From Octopus bimaculoides (lineage: Eukaryota): a DNA stretch of 64,000 bases. The DNA lies in NCBI RefSeq assembly GCF_001194135.2, contig NC_068987.1, forward strand, positions 27,018,239 to 27,082,238. Direction: 5' to 3'. The position numbers were made by a program, and so were the translations under genes. Below the pieces are notes generated by a model. The model was not told where the DNA came from. It ran no database searches and saw nothing but the letters and a program-made list of their open reading frames with translations. This document shows positions 1 through 12,894 of this stretch, in pieces (positions within the stretch are counted from its first letter, which is position 1; every line of letters begins with the position of its first letter).

Positions 1-89
1 TATATATATATATATTGTATATGCTAAGAGTCAATGCCGTATTTTGCAAACGCTTATCTTCCAAGTATTTCAAGCATATGTATCTCAGC

Positions 90-640
90 TCAGGTTGAGA
101 CACGAATATCAGTTTGATCCAGCGTGATTTCCCTTCTTTTCGAAGTCAACTTAAGCGAATGCCTATAAACGGAAGATTCCATTTCTAGTTTCCTATACCT
201 CTTCAAGGGTTCCTGCTGATTCTTACTTGCTTTCTTTTCTTTCACTAAGCGACGATCTGCGATTTATGTTCATGCAGTGTAGTCCCCGTCACGACAAAAC
301 CATGCGCTGTTACGACTAATACCAGAAGACTTCGGATTTTTAAGTTCCAGTCCTTATTTGCGCAGTTTCTATGACCCGATGCTATTGTTGCTGTTCTGTA
401 AAACCCATTCCTTCAGTCACTCTCTCTTCATATATTATTCTTTTTAAAAACTCTTCTGAGAAGAAATCTGTTACTTTTGTCTATTGTATAGAAATCAGCT
501 AGGCATTCTGCGCTACACAAATACGGAGTATGACTTCAGACCATGGAGTGTTCATCTCAGTCTCAATAAAGACTCCATCTGACACATATTAAGTGTCACA
601 TAAACGGTTAGAACCCGTTCATATTTCGCCATGTAAGTAA
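90..640 (-). mobile_element. Decayed RTE-like LINE, C-terminal fragment
   Basis: Manual minus-strand translation across frameshifts gives TPYLCSAECL (cf. LLYGxETW) and FLLRRV..ERVT (cf. LRRILxIxWxDRVTNEEVL), as found downstream of the RT in RTE elements. Confidence 0.4.
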
Positions 641-2322
641 CAATGTCAATATCATTTTCGCTGATGTGTAAAAGATTCAGTTAACATCACATTGTTTTCG
701 TTACCTAGTACATGAAAGTGATTTGCTTGTATTTTTAGGTAGCCAAATCATAATGACAGGCCGTTGCAGATAAAACTGGCAAAAGGTGAGGCGAGACCTC
801 ATCTCTTATTACTTAGAAATTTCGGTTCATTAGAATAATGCACATACAAAAAATCTACCTAATTTTTACCCTAAGATAAAGCATAATCCACAAAGTATGT
901 AACTGCACTCATAATAGATAATGAATGGAGCGCCGGTGGCAGTGTAAAAACTATACATAAGACTATGAAACACAAGATTTTCAATATACCACGAACATCT
1001 CAATAATAAAATTATAATATACGCAATTATAGTGATAATTCGATTATCAAAACAACTTTTCTTGTGTACATATATATATGCATATATGTGCATACATATG
1101 TATTATATACGCATATATACATATGCATATTTATCTATCATATACGTACGTATACATATATATCTCTAAATATACACATATGCAGATTTTTATGTTTGTG
1201 TATTTGTATATGGGTATATATCCGTATATATATATGTATATATATAAATCCAAATATATAGATATAGATCCATGTATATATATAAAGGTAGAAAGCTGCT
1301 ATCCCAAAAGGGCCAACGGCAGAAATTAGTATAATAAATGAATTTCAAAATAGATGAGATGCTAAACGCGATACCCTGAGATATTCTAATTGATTGAAGT
1401 TCCTTTGAAAAATATAGAAAGTAGACTAACTTCTAGCAGTAATTGTTGGCGACTCTCAAAAATAATGGAAAATAATTTCAAGAAATTAAGAATTAATATC
1501 TCGTTTTTATGTGAAAGATTAAGAGAAAGATAGTCTGAAACTTCGAGATGTTTCGCTCTATTGGTCTTGTCAGTATAGTACAGCCTAATCAAGTTCCATT
1601 ATCAGTAACTGAGTATTTAGTTATAGAAAATCTGTTGCGTATATTTCCTTGAAGCATAATTTGCATTGTTCAAAATTAGTATGTAGCTAATAGAAATAAC
1701 TGAAAGGGGCAAACTGAAAATATTTGGATAATTAAATAATTGTGTTATATACTTAATGTCGTATTCAATAAATTAATAATAAATTTAAATTTTCCTTAAA
1801 ATTTGGTCATCCAAAAAAACTTTAAAAAGAACAACCTTACACTACTATCGTTCCCTTTATGTAAAAAGAGGAAATTCAGCATTCTGATATAGAGAGTATA
1901 AAATAATCAGCAGATTGTTTTTGGTTCGATATAATCGGCAAACTTGAAAGCTATACCCCATTCCATCTTATCAGAAAACACTGCATACGTACTTATCTAC
2001 ACATATGTAGTTATGTGTGTTTGTGTGTGTGAGTGTGTGTGTGGTTGTGTCTATGTGTAATCTACTAAATGTAAAACAAATATTCAGTTGATTGTGACAA
2101 CCCGAACAGGGAAAACTAGCATAAAAACGTTTGCTTTCAAAATTATGTAGCAAGCGCTCTGTAGGGATAAAAGGAACAGCCTGTAGTTGTCGTGATTACT
2201 GTTTAGTGTTTGTTATGAAACTGAGTTGTTTCCTCAGATAACAGTCCAGACAGATCTCCACATTTCAATGTGGAATAATTTAAGCAGCAAATGAAACTCA
2301 TAGCTCCACAGCATATATATAC

Positions 2323-2359
<37 letters not shown>

Positions 2360-4464
2360 NNNNNNNNNNNNNNNNNNNNNNNNNNNNNNNNNNNNNNNNN
2401 NNNNNNNNNNNNNNNNNNNNNNNNNNNNNNNNNNNNNNNNNNNNNNNNNNNNNNNNNNNNNNNNNNNNNNNNNNNNNNNNNNNNNNNNNNNNNNNNNNNN
2501 NNNNNNNNNTGTGTGTGTGTGTAAATGTAGACATATGCTTGTGCACGGATACATTTTTTTTAAAAATCTATTTTTGCATGATTGTGTTTGAAAGTACATA
2601 AATGCAAAGCACGAAGAAATAATGGAGAAGCAAACAGTTTGATTCTATGTAATTTCTTTTATAAGCTACCTTTTTTCATAGAGTTAAACTTTTTACTTCG
2701 TTGAATTTTAAATAACCTACTTTTCGGTGTATAAATCCCCAACTTACAATGTTTTATCACTTAGCTAAATCGTTTAAGCGTGTGGACTATATGTGTTTGT
2801 TTTTACATATTATTTAAAATTTTATGTTCGAATATTAAAATTTATTCTATTAATAGTCTTCGTATCATGTTCATTCTTTTTTTAATCTACTGCCAGTAGT
2901 ATTTTTTTAAAATATTTATCTTTATATTGAGCCTTACATTGTAATATGTTTCCGCAATGCTTGCATACATAAATACTCTAACCACATACCAGAGATCATA
3001 AAACTTTGCTTGGAAGCATAAGTAAATGAAATAGAAAATATATCTACAGAAAACACATTCAAGCGAATTGTTCAATATTAAAACTTTGAAAAGCAGCAAG
3101 TATAACGGGGAAAAAAACGTACATGTAAGAATGGGAAAAAAACAACTAGTAAAGTAGATAAAAGGAAATATTTAACATTGCCAGGTGTGAGTAAAATATA
3201 CTAGTTTTGTTAGTCAGAAACAGGTTCTGACAAGCCACATGTATCATAAACCGTTCAATAAAATTCCGAAAAGTCAACTCTACGTATATGTTGAATGAGT
3301 CAAGAATCATTGCGAACCATAACAATAATGTATTTATTGAAGCGAAATTACAGAAGATACAAACTTTAATTGCCAAGTGAAAAAAGTAGTAAATATAAAT
3401 CAGGGATCTTCCGTCGGTTTCGATGATTGAATTTTTCAGTTGTTAGATTAATTGGATGAAGCACACATGGAATTTTAGTGTCAGAATATCTTAGATATAT
3501 TTCTTAGCTTAAGTTAATCCTGAGACAAAATGAGTGCCATATTCTGATAAGATTATTCTCTTTGAATTTCTGTCAGCCACAATGCTTTAGTTGACATGAG
3601 TCTATTTTAAAAGATACCTACCTATGATGTCACGAATCGATACTAAGACCTCAAATTTGAAAATGTGTAGGACTTATCCGCGTGGCAAGGCCAAATGATA
3701 GTCAGCTGACTGCGCATGAAACTGAATGATAGGTGTAAACCTGACTGAAGTGTATCTTTCTCATCCTTTCGCTTCAGTCTTTAAACTACATTTCGTGTTA
3801 CTTAATGGCAAAAACAGAAAAACACCGAACAAACAAATTACAACATTTATTTTCGTTCTACTATGCTGTAATCCCGCTGAGAGAAACAATAAAAACTGAA
3901 TTAAATTACATTTCAAAAAGCTCTGAGTTCAAAATATCACGGACATTGATTTACTAGTAGAAATGGTGAAATGGTAAATAAAGAAATCACAGTATTTCAT
4001 TGCGTTCCTCAATGTTATGAGATTTACCTTAATAAAAGAAATAGGACTCAGCTCTTTTTCTCAGCGCTCTTGACTTTGATTCAATTGACAATACCATTCC
4101 CTGTAAAAGTAGCAGATTGTAGCAATATGAGAAATTTCTATCAAAACTATCATAGATCTGAAGATTATAGATTCCTTCGGAAGCAGAATCTATTGAGGCT
4201 TACATAAATTTCTGAAAAAATTGATTTTTAGTACGCGAGCCGAAGCTTTTCAGTATGCTTCACAGTGGTATAAATTTCAAATTGCTACAATTCATGTTGG
4301 AACAGACAAGTTATTATAGGAAAATTCAATGTTGCATCAATTCAGTTTTCGATTCAAACAGCATATTTTATCAAGTAGCATCAATTAGATACGATTGTCA
4401 CTTTGTCACCTATGAATAAGTTTAACTATCCACAACAAGTCGCCTTAGTATTTCATGTGTCATA

Positions 4465-4640
4465 TGTAGCTTAGCAGCATTTCGTCCGTCTTTATGTTCT
4501 GAGTTCAAATACCACTAACGTCGAATTTACCTTTCATCCCTTCGGGGTCGATAAAATAAGTACCAGTTGACTGCTGGGGCCGATGTGATCGACAAGCACC
4601 CTCCTCAAGACTTCTGCTTATAGTAGAAAGCATTACATAT
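4465..4640 (+). mobile_element. tRNA-derived SINE family A (octopus OR-like), partial
   Basis: Carries the family core gttctgagttcaaat..gtcga..tttcatcc.ttcggggtcgataaaataagtaccagtt seen in many copies across the window. Confidence 0.8.
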
Positions 4641-7600
4641 GGAAATGCTCTTCCCTCTTTATTTACTGGCCCACATTTTACTGTTGACCACGCATTGTTT
4701 CACTGTTGAACAGGCCAGGCAGAATACAAACGTTGTCTCTGCTTTTATGGAAATGAATTTAAGCATTGTCTGACATTGCGAATTTGTGAAGCGTGGATAT
4801 TTGCTTGAAATACGCTTCAAGACATTTGTCGTCTCTCATCATCTTTGTTCATTTCATTATCCAGTGCAACAGCTTAGCGAGTATTTTTTCTTTTGCAAAA
4901 TTTACCAAAACATAGTGTCTGTCCTTCTATTAAGGTATCTCGACATTTCTGCTGATGTATTTGTTGAGAAAATAATGCAACCAGTTTTTACTTGCACCTC
5001 CATTCTCCACCCGAAGTTGGGACCAATTCGAATGACAAAAGTCCTTTTTAAGACTATTATTTTTTATGTGTACTTGTGATAGTTGAATTCATTGGAACAT
5101 GACGGGAGCATTTATTACGAACTAGTTTCAACTATCTCCAAGCAATTGATGATCTGAATATAGGCATTGTACACGAGACCAATTAGAACAACCTGATCAT
5201 TCCGATCACTTTTCACTAAACAATCAGCACAACAAATCGACCATTGTTGTCTGAAGTATTTACTAAACAAACACGATATTTGTAAGATATGTATATAATG
5301 CTTCAAGATCTGAAAAATACAGACGCATTTAGTATGCTGGTGAATCTCCAGGATCGACGTGATACTAATATGGTTGAATATTAGATTGAGGCGGTTCTAC
5401 AAGATATCAGCCATTGTCCCCACCAGATTCTTTCTTTCTGATAAAAAGCGTAGTATTTCAACTTATAGCATGGTTCAACCCAATTTTTCTCTATTATGAA
5501 GTACGACAATAGCACTTAGTTTAAATTGTATAAGAAAACGTACCGTATTACAACAGGTACCCTTCAATCATCTTTATCAAGTGGAATTTTGATGACACTT
5601 GATATAGCGCGGGAAGAATTTAACATTTCAGCTATTTATCCTTTTCTATGGGTGAAAATAAAATTGTATAATTTCTGTTTCAGTTTTAAGCCAATAAATG
5701 AGGGACGCCTTGAAGTGAAAGAGATATAAAAGTGATAAGGCAGGATAGATGAGGCAGCGACTGGTATGGTGTTAAGGACTCTCAAGTCTGAAATACGAAG
5801 TTGCTGAAGGGCGTGAAAACCAGAATTATTGAAGGAATGCAGCAACAACTATTATTGCGGAGAGGTGAAAGTGTAGGGATGGTGTTAAGACATAGAAAGG
5901 AAAGAGAAGAAAGAGATAAAAAACGCACGCCTTTAGTAGCTCTTCGAAATATTAAACTTAAAAAGAAAACATTCACAGAAAAAACAAATACTATTGCTTA
6001 ATTTCCAGGTAACGGCGGCCAAACGAATTTCAACAATGGAAATGTTTTCTTGAGGTTAATAGTGTGCACCAAACTACATTTACCTTATTGTAACTTTAAA
6101 GCCAATAGTGACTTATTTGAAGGATATTTGGCTTCTATATATTGCAGGTGAAGCAACGTAGATGCTGTATCGTTGTTATAACAGCATAACTGCAACCATT
6201 AAAGAGATGTAGAAACAGCCAAATCTCACATGGTGAGTGAAAAAGAATGGGCTATAAAGGGAGCGAAGCCTGCACATGGAAAACAATGTTAAGAGAAATC
6301 TGTTACTAGGTGTTAAAAAGAGAAACCATATATAATGAAAGAAAGATATTTCTAGAGAAAGAAATGTGTACATATACTGTGCGTGTGTAGTAGTATAACT
6401 ACGTAGAGTTTTATAAAACACCCCATTGGTATTTACACAAAATTGATTTGGAAATGTATAAGTAGTTGGAGAAGAGGTTACGAGAACACTGGCATTGAAG
6501 TATGGAAGTGTGGAAACCTCACTCAAATAATAATACATTTTGGAGCAGAGTGTCTCGAAACCAAGCGGGAACAAGGGGTGGCGTTCAGAAGTTTCATGAA
6601 ACCGATTGTGCAAGTGGAGTAAATCGGAGAGTAATATATGATAAAAGACATCGTTAACCGGATATGTGCTTGCTGTGAACATATATGCGCAGGATTTAAT
6701 ATATGCGCAATATCTAAGATTGTGTCATGAAAAAAAAAAATTACAGAATTTTATGATTTCAAGCATTTAATAGTAAATTCAGGAAAAGGGCAAATATAAC
6801 TGCATGGATATAGTAATATATTCATATTCGTAATAGCACATAATCTAATATGTATTCATATAAAAAGTCGCAATTACACATTATATACAATAAAGCAAAA
6901 AATGCAGTTGAGTGAAAATATATTAGATAAAGCTATATATTCAAAGATCATCATGACGCGTTCCGGGTGTTGGTTTCGTCAGGTGAGTAAAGTGAAATGT
7001 TTTGTTGAAATTAAATCTATTTTCTGTATGTCATACGAAAAATAAGCGAAGATGGAATAAAGTAGCAAGTGAAAGAATGAAAATAGTTGTCCATGTAAAC
7101 ACGGAATGTGTGGGCGCTAATTAAGCCTAACTGGATAAACTAGCAATTAAATAAATACAAGAATCCTAATTATCAGCAACTAAGTAACGTGTAAGTTTTA
7201 ATGGCTATTGTTTGTGAAAGGAATGATAGACAGATATATTTGAGTATGCGTACACATGTGCGTGCATGGAAACGTATGTGTGTGTTTATATATATATATA
7301 TATATATATGCATGTTGTGTGTATATCATATATGTTTGAGTTGTCTGTGTGTGCATACATATTTGTGATTGTGAGTGTGTGCGTTTTTATGCATGGATCT
7401 TTGCATCCGTGATTGCATTCAAACTTCTTACATATACAAGCTCGTTTCGCAGTAGTACTGTTCACGAATTCTCACTTAATATCCCATAATCCTAAGCACT
7501 TAATTGCAAATAAATTGAAGACATGTTCTCCACACTGCCCCAGCAGAATACCCGGATTCCCATAGCGACATCATCCAAGAATATTCATATTTAATATTAA

Positions 7601-7899
7601 AAGTAATAGATACGATGCCGGGCAAAATGTTTAGCGAACAAATGATCAAGGGACCAACTACGACAGAAAGTGAACATACAAACATGAAATAAATATGCAA
7701 TATACAATATACATCTACTCTCTTTGTGTCTCTCTGCCCTCTACCAATTTTCTCTCTCCAACCACTGACATGTGACCGGTTTTTTTTGTCACCTTTCATC
7801 TCCAATTTTTTCTGCATCGATCGCCTAAACAACTGATTGTGTTTCCCTTGTCTCTCACAAACTATTCATGTATTTCTAATAGTGGACATAAATTGTCCC

Positions 7900-10275
7900 T
7901 CTCGACATGCTAAAACTTTTGACTGCTGATGTTCTGGAATCAGCAGTAAAGGTGTCTCGTGCGACAGATGCTCCACTTGTTGCAATCCATTACTGTTGGG
8001 TATTAAAAGAGGCAGAAACAGATAAAAGCTGGTATCTGAACAATCCAATAAATGCAAATGGATTTCCACGACAGAGAATCATTAATGAATAGAAAAACGG
8101 TGGACTCTTGAAACGATAGACTGCATGATTTGTGATCAGGTAAGTACAATTCGAAAGAATGAATGGTTGTCTGAGCTTAAGCTTGAAGTTATCAATAGGG
8201 AAATGAATAAAAATATTGAGAGTCATATAGGCAAGTAAGATGAAGTACATGGGAATGATGCAGAAATAGCTGTGCTGGATGATACTGTTTAAAGTAATGG
8301 ATCCAAAATGATACCAAATTGAAATTTAGATGACATTAATGTAATTTTCGATCAGCAGATACTGGCAGAATGCTGACTGGAAATTACCAAATAAGATGTG
8401 TTGCATTAGTCGTTGTCTTATATCGTATGCTTTGTTGTGTGTTAATGACACTCCAACAAAAGTCTTCCTGATTAAGCGGGAGGTCTCCAACTGGAGGAAC
8501 CCATAGCGTGACCTCGTTCTGATTTTGACATAATGTTTCCTTAGTAGAGATATTGGTATAGTTTGGCATTGCCTTCCCCAATTATAGTTAGTATATTCCC
8601 AAAATATAGAATGTGTGTACGATTTCTAAAAGAGCTAAGCGGAAATTAAGTGGAAATTAAAGAAACAATGTAAGTAAACATAATATTGGTGTAAAGAAGA
8701 TCAAACAACATAGCAAAAATAATAGGCTTATCAAGCGAGCTATTAGAGATTTTTCAGAAAATTTTAGACTGAAAGTCAATGAAATGTACGAAAACGAAGA
8801 TGCATGCAGGAAAGGAAAAAAATAATAAATAAAAGAAAAGCAATCAAACATTAGGTTATATAGACAAGATTGTTCGAAACCGATCGGTATTGGAATGAAA
8901 GACAAACTGAGCTTAGAATCGGTTATAAATGTAACATTAACGGAAAAGAACTGGAGGCAGTAAATGTATAACTAAAATAGTGCATTTTAGTAAAATGTGT
9001 AAAAACAGCAAGATAAGGTGAAAGAGTGAAGTAGTATAAGCAAAAACAGATTATTCCAAATTCATCAGAAGAAATTTTATCAAGAATTAATGGATAAAAC
9101 ACACACCAAAAAGTTATTCCAGAAGTAGAATTAAGACGTGATTTATGGATTGGGATATGGAGTAAGGAATAGGCCAAGTTTGAGTGACGACAAAAATTGA
9201 TGCAATATGTTTGTTTTCCACAAGAAAGAGAAAATATTCAACAAGTAACCTGGATGATAAGCAATTGGAAAGCATCTGAATCTGTTGGTTTTCAGAGATA
9301 CTGGGTAGAGAAGCTGGCAGGATGCCATAAAAATAGTAGAAAATCTTAATGCCTTGATCAACGAAATTGAAGGGATGTCTGAGTGGATAATTACTGGAAG
9401 AACAGTACTGTGTTTGAAGGATACTTCAAAAAGGATGCTGTGGATACTTTCAGTTATCCACATTATCCCTCTGGATAACTGAAATTATTCCAGTGAGCGA
9501 TTATACTTTTCATCAGCGATTATTCGGGTGAGTAGCTTCCACTGATGCAGACGCTACTCAATGGAATAATCACTGATGAAATGTATACATTTCTTTATGA
9601 TAAATTTCTTTATGATAATTGCAGGAGAACTAAAGATCAACTACTCGTAGATAAAATGGTGAACAAATATTGTCAGCAAAGGACGACAAATTTTATAATA
9701 GCCTGGAGAGATTGGCGCTAGACTAATGACATCATACTTCTTTCGTGGATCATTGAATGTTTGAACATGTTTGAGATTGCAATGAATGTCAGGAGTTTTA
9801 TGAGAAAAAGCATGCAAAGTTGGATGACTAAGCTAACCGAATGTAAACAGAAGCTAGGGATTTCTTTAATGTTTGTTTCATTCATGATTCCCCGAGTTTT
9901 GAACGATCTCAAGCTGTGTGATAAGGGAGACACTCAAGTCAGTTTAGTTTTTCTCGGAACACAGTTCATTACTTTAGAAAGGACATCATCATGGAATTTG
10001 ATCTAAAAAACGTAGATTAATACTTCTGACGAGAGAGAAAGACAACAGATTTGAAAGAATAGAAATACCATCACGAGAAATCATGAAATGAAATGATAAA
10101 TCTTGGGTATAAATAACTGAACATACTAGATATGAATGAAATGATAGATAAAGAAATGGAGAAAAGATTTACTGTAGAGTATTTGTCAAGATTTAGACTG
10201 GTACTGCAGGTTAAACTGAACAGAAGAAATATGTTTCAAGTAATCAATACACGCGCTATTATATTATTGAGATAG
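7900..10275 (+). mobile_element. Decayed R4/Dong-clade non-LTR retrotransposon: N-terminal region and RT domain, 3' end truncated or interrupted
   Basis: Frameshifted motifs: DQVSTIRKNEWLSEL, GRTVLCLKD, GIITDEMYTFL, KDQLLVDKMV, SWIIECLNMF, KSMQSWMTKL, DIIMEFDLK, KLNRRNMFQVINTRA. These match the R4/Dong/Rex6 ORF consensus as I know it. Confidence 0.8.
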
Positions 10276-11164
10276 GTATATTTATTATAAGTTTTTGCAC
10301 TCATTTTCGTACGTTTGCCATTCAATTTGATAATCGGGTCATTCAAAGTCGCGAAGAAATTAGTACAATGAAGTTACTCATACAAATTCGTTTTTCGATC
10401 ATTCAGTTTCGGTCAAAGAATTCAGCATTTGCATCATTCAAATTAAAATGCCAGTGGAAATGATAAATCACTTGGAATAAGAGGAAACCTCTTTTCGAGC
10501 ATTCAAATTCGTGTTGGAGCAATCTATTTAACACTTCGAGCACTCAAATTAGCACGATAGCTGTTTCCGTTTTATCTCATGATCATTGTTACCATAATCA
10601 TGTGTTTTCATCCATTTTCATTGTTTATGCTTTAACCACTCTATCGTGCCCATGTATTTTTTTTTATGTATCCTTTTATTTTTGCATAGGTACATGTATT
10701 TATTGTTAAAGATATCATGAAATCGCATTCCAACCTCTTCTATCTTTTTAAAGAAAATCAAAATTACAAATGCTCAAGATAAATTTTGAACAGATATACA
10801 AATATTTATAAATGTGAATATATATGTATGTATACTCAAACGTACATACATGTACAGACACATGCATACATGCACAGACACAACTATATAACCAATAATA
10901 ATCTTCTTTTAAGAGGTTAAAGGAACATTACCCAGGCGTTTTGTATTTTCTTTTTCCTCTTTATTTCTCATATTTCCTCACAGGGTAATTACGTTATGTG
11001 ACCCTAAACGATTTTGGGATGGTGCACGTAACGCCTTACCAGTGTTATCACACTATCCAAGCATGAAACTTGAAGCAGCTCGCGTATAATTAGTGTATTT
11101 ATTAAATAATAGTTATCTTTCGCTGATTTGATTACCTTTTCCTGAACCTCCAAAGAGGCAAACA

Positions 11165-11374
11165 GCGCACACGTACGCATACACAAACAGACACACACAC
11201 ACATACACGCACAAATAAACGAACACATACATATACAAACACACACGCACACACACTCACACACATGCATACACACACTCACACATATGTAGGTGTATGT
11301 TTATGCATGTGTTTGCATTTTTATATAGACGTGTGTGTGAGCGTGTGTGTGCGTGCATGTGTGTGTTTGTGTAT

Positions 11375-11415
<41 letters not shown>
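11165..11415. repeat. (CA)n/(GT)n compound microsatellite
   Basis: Seen directly. Confidence 0.95.
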
Positions 11416-11418
<3 letters not shown>

Positions 11419-11519
11419 GTCTTTCTGAAGAATGCAGAATTTCCTCTGCTAGCTGCCAACATTTTAAGAGTTCATATCCTTGTTATACTACATTATTAAA
11501 ATGAAACCAAAGATAAAAG

Positions 11520-11950
11520 AGAAGAAACAAAAAAAAAAAAGGACTTAGAAGTTGAAAAAGAACACATAGCTGTGTTGAAAGATGAAGCATTAATAAAATA
11601 TGGTAAAGAGAAACAGAAAGAAAGAGAAAAGCATCAACAATAATAATACTGGGGCTGAAGATGAAAAAATAGGCTTTTGACTAGAAAGAAAACTGCATGG
11701 ATTGAAAATAGTCATAAAAGGATAATTCTACGGCAGTTCTGATTGTTGAAAACTTAATGCGAACATTATTTAAAATCCCGAATAACTTATGACCAAAGAC
11801 GAAGTAAATTCCGATATAAAAGAAACTCTTTTGTAATATTTGACGTTTTGGCAGCTTTGTAGTATTAGATATCTCATAACCGAAAATGTGTGACTATGCT
11901 TGCTAAAATGTGAAAAATATTGCTGTTGGAGAAGAGTGAGGCTATTTCTC
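11520..11950 (+). mobile_element. Possible highly decayed 3' continuation of the R4/Dong element
   Basis: A KKLHG-like motif (gaaagaaaactgcatgga) and a CxxC-like remnant (tgtgtgactatgc) occur in the expected order. Weak. Confidence 0.25.
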
Positions 11951-12689
11951 CCAATATCCGAATGCTGTCGAAATTATAGACTTGATTATATACTATTGTA
12001 TATTTCAAAATCTGCTATGAGATTTAAAAATTTCTTCGTACATTCTACAATGCAACATTATCTCAGTAATATTACGAGTGGTGCTGCTGACAGCATATAA
12101 CTGTTTGGATCTTAATTAAAATCTGTTCATTGTGAGAGCAACACATTTCTTGTAATCGGATCATTTAAGGGCATTACGCTCGCAGAATATTCAGGAGTCG
12201 TTGTCAGAATTATCTTATGAAATATTTCAAGGGTATACTGTAAAAAGGTTTACGCTAGATTTTATTATTTTTATTTATATATGTTAGTGTTGGCAAATCG
12301 CGGACGACATGGCATTTTTTCTCTCGTGCCAAGAATATTTGGAAATGAAATTTAGAGTTTATCTTTCCTTCTTTATCTCCGCCTTTCTATTTCTCATTGC
12401 ATTCAGGGCGATAAATATTTATGCAATATGGTCCCATAGCTATATAGTTGTTAGATACATCTTAAGTCCAATAACCACTGTGTAAATACAAGCAGATGCA
12501 TTTGTGAATGTTCGTCCTAGTGGTACAAAGAGACGTGCTGATCAGGGGTTGAGATACTTCGATCATAATTCAGTTAAATCACTACTGACTTGGAAATGAA
12601 CTACAACAATAATTTGAAGCCATAACTTAAAACAAGCAGATTCAGCTATTGAGAGTAACACGTCGCAATTATGGTTAGTAATATACAGT

Positions 12690-12732
<43 letters not shown>

Positions 12733-12742
12733 NNNNNNNNNN

Positions 12743-12779
<37 letters not shown>

Positions 12780-12894
12780 TCAGTATCTTTAGCGTGAATT
12801 TATCTGCTACTCATACATAGATACATACATGACATATATATGCATACATATACATGTATGACACACACACACATATATATATGTATATGTATAT

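Noticed and set aside
4700-5560. Coding-like stretch that might be a DNA-transposon or LINE remnant
   Set aside because: No diagnostic motif recovered in any frame, so it is left unannotated.
6176-6682. 168-aa minus-strand ORF
   Set aside because: No recognisable domain or splice support; probably the stop-poor antisense of a decayed purine-rich LINE remnant.
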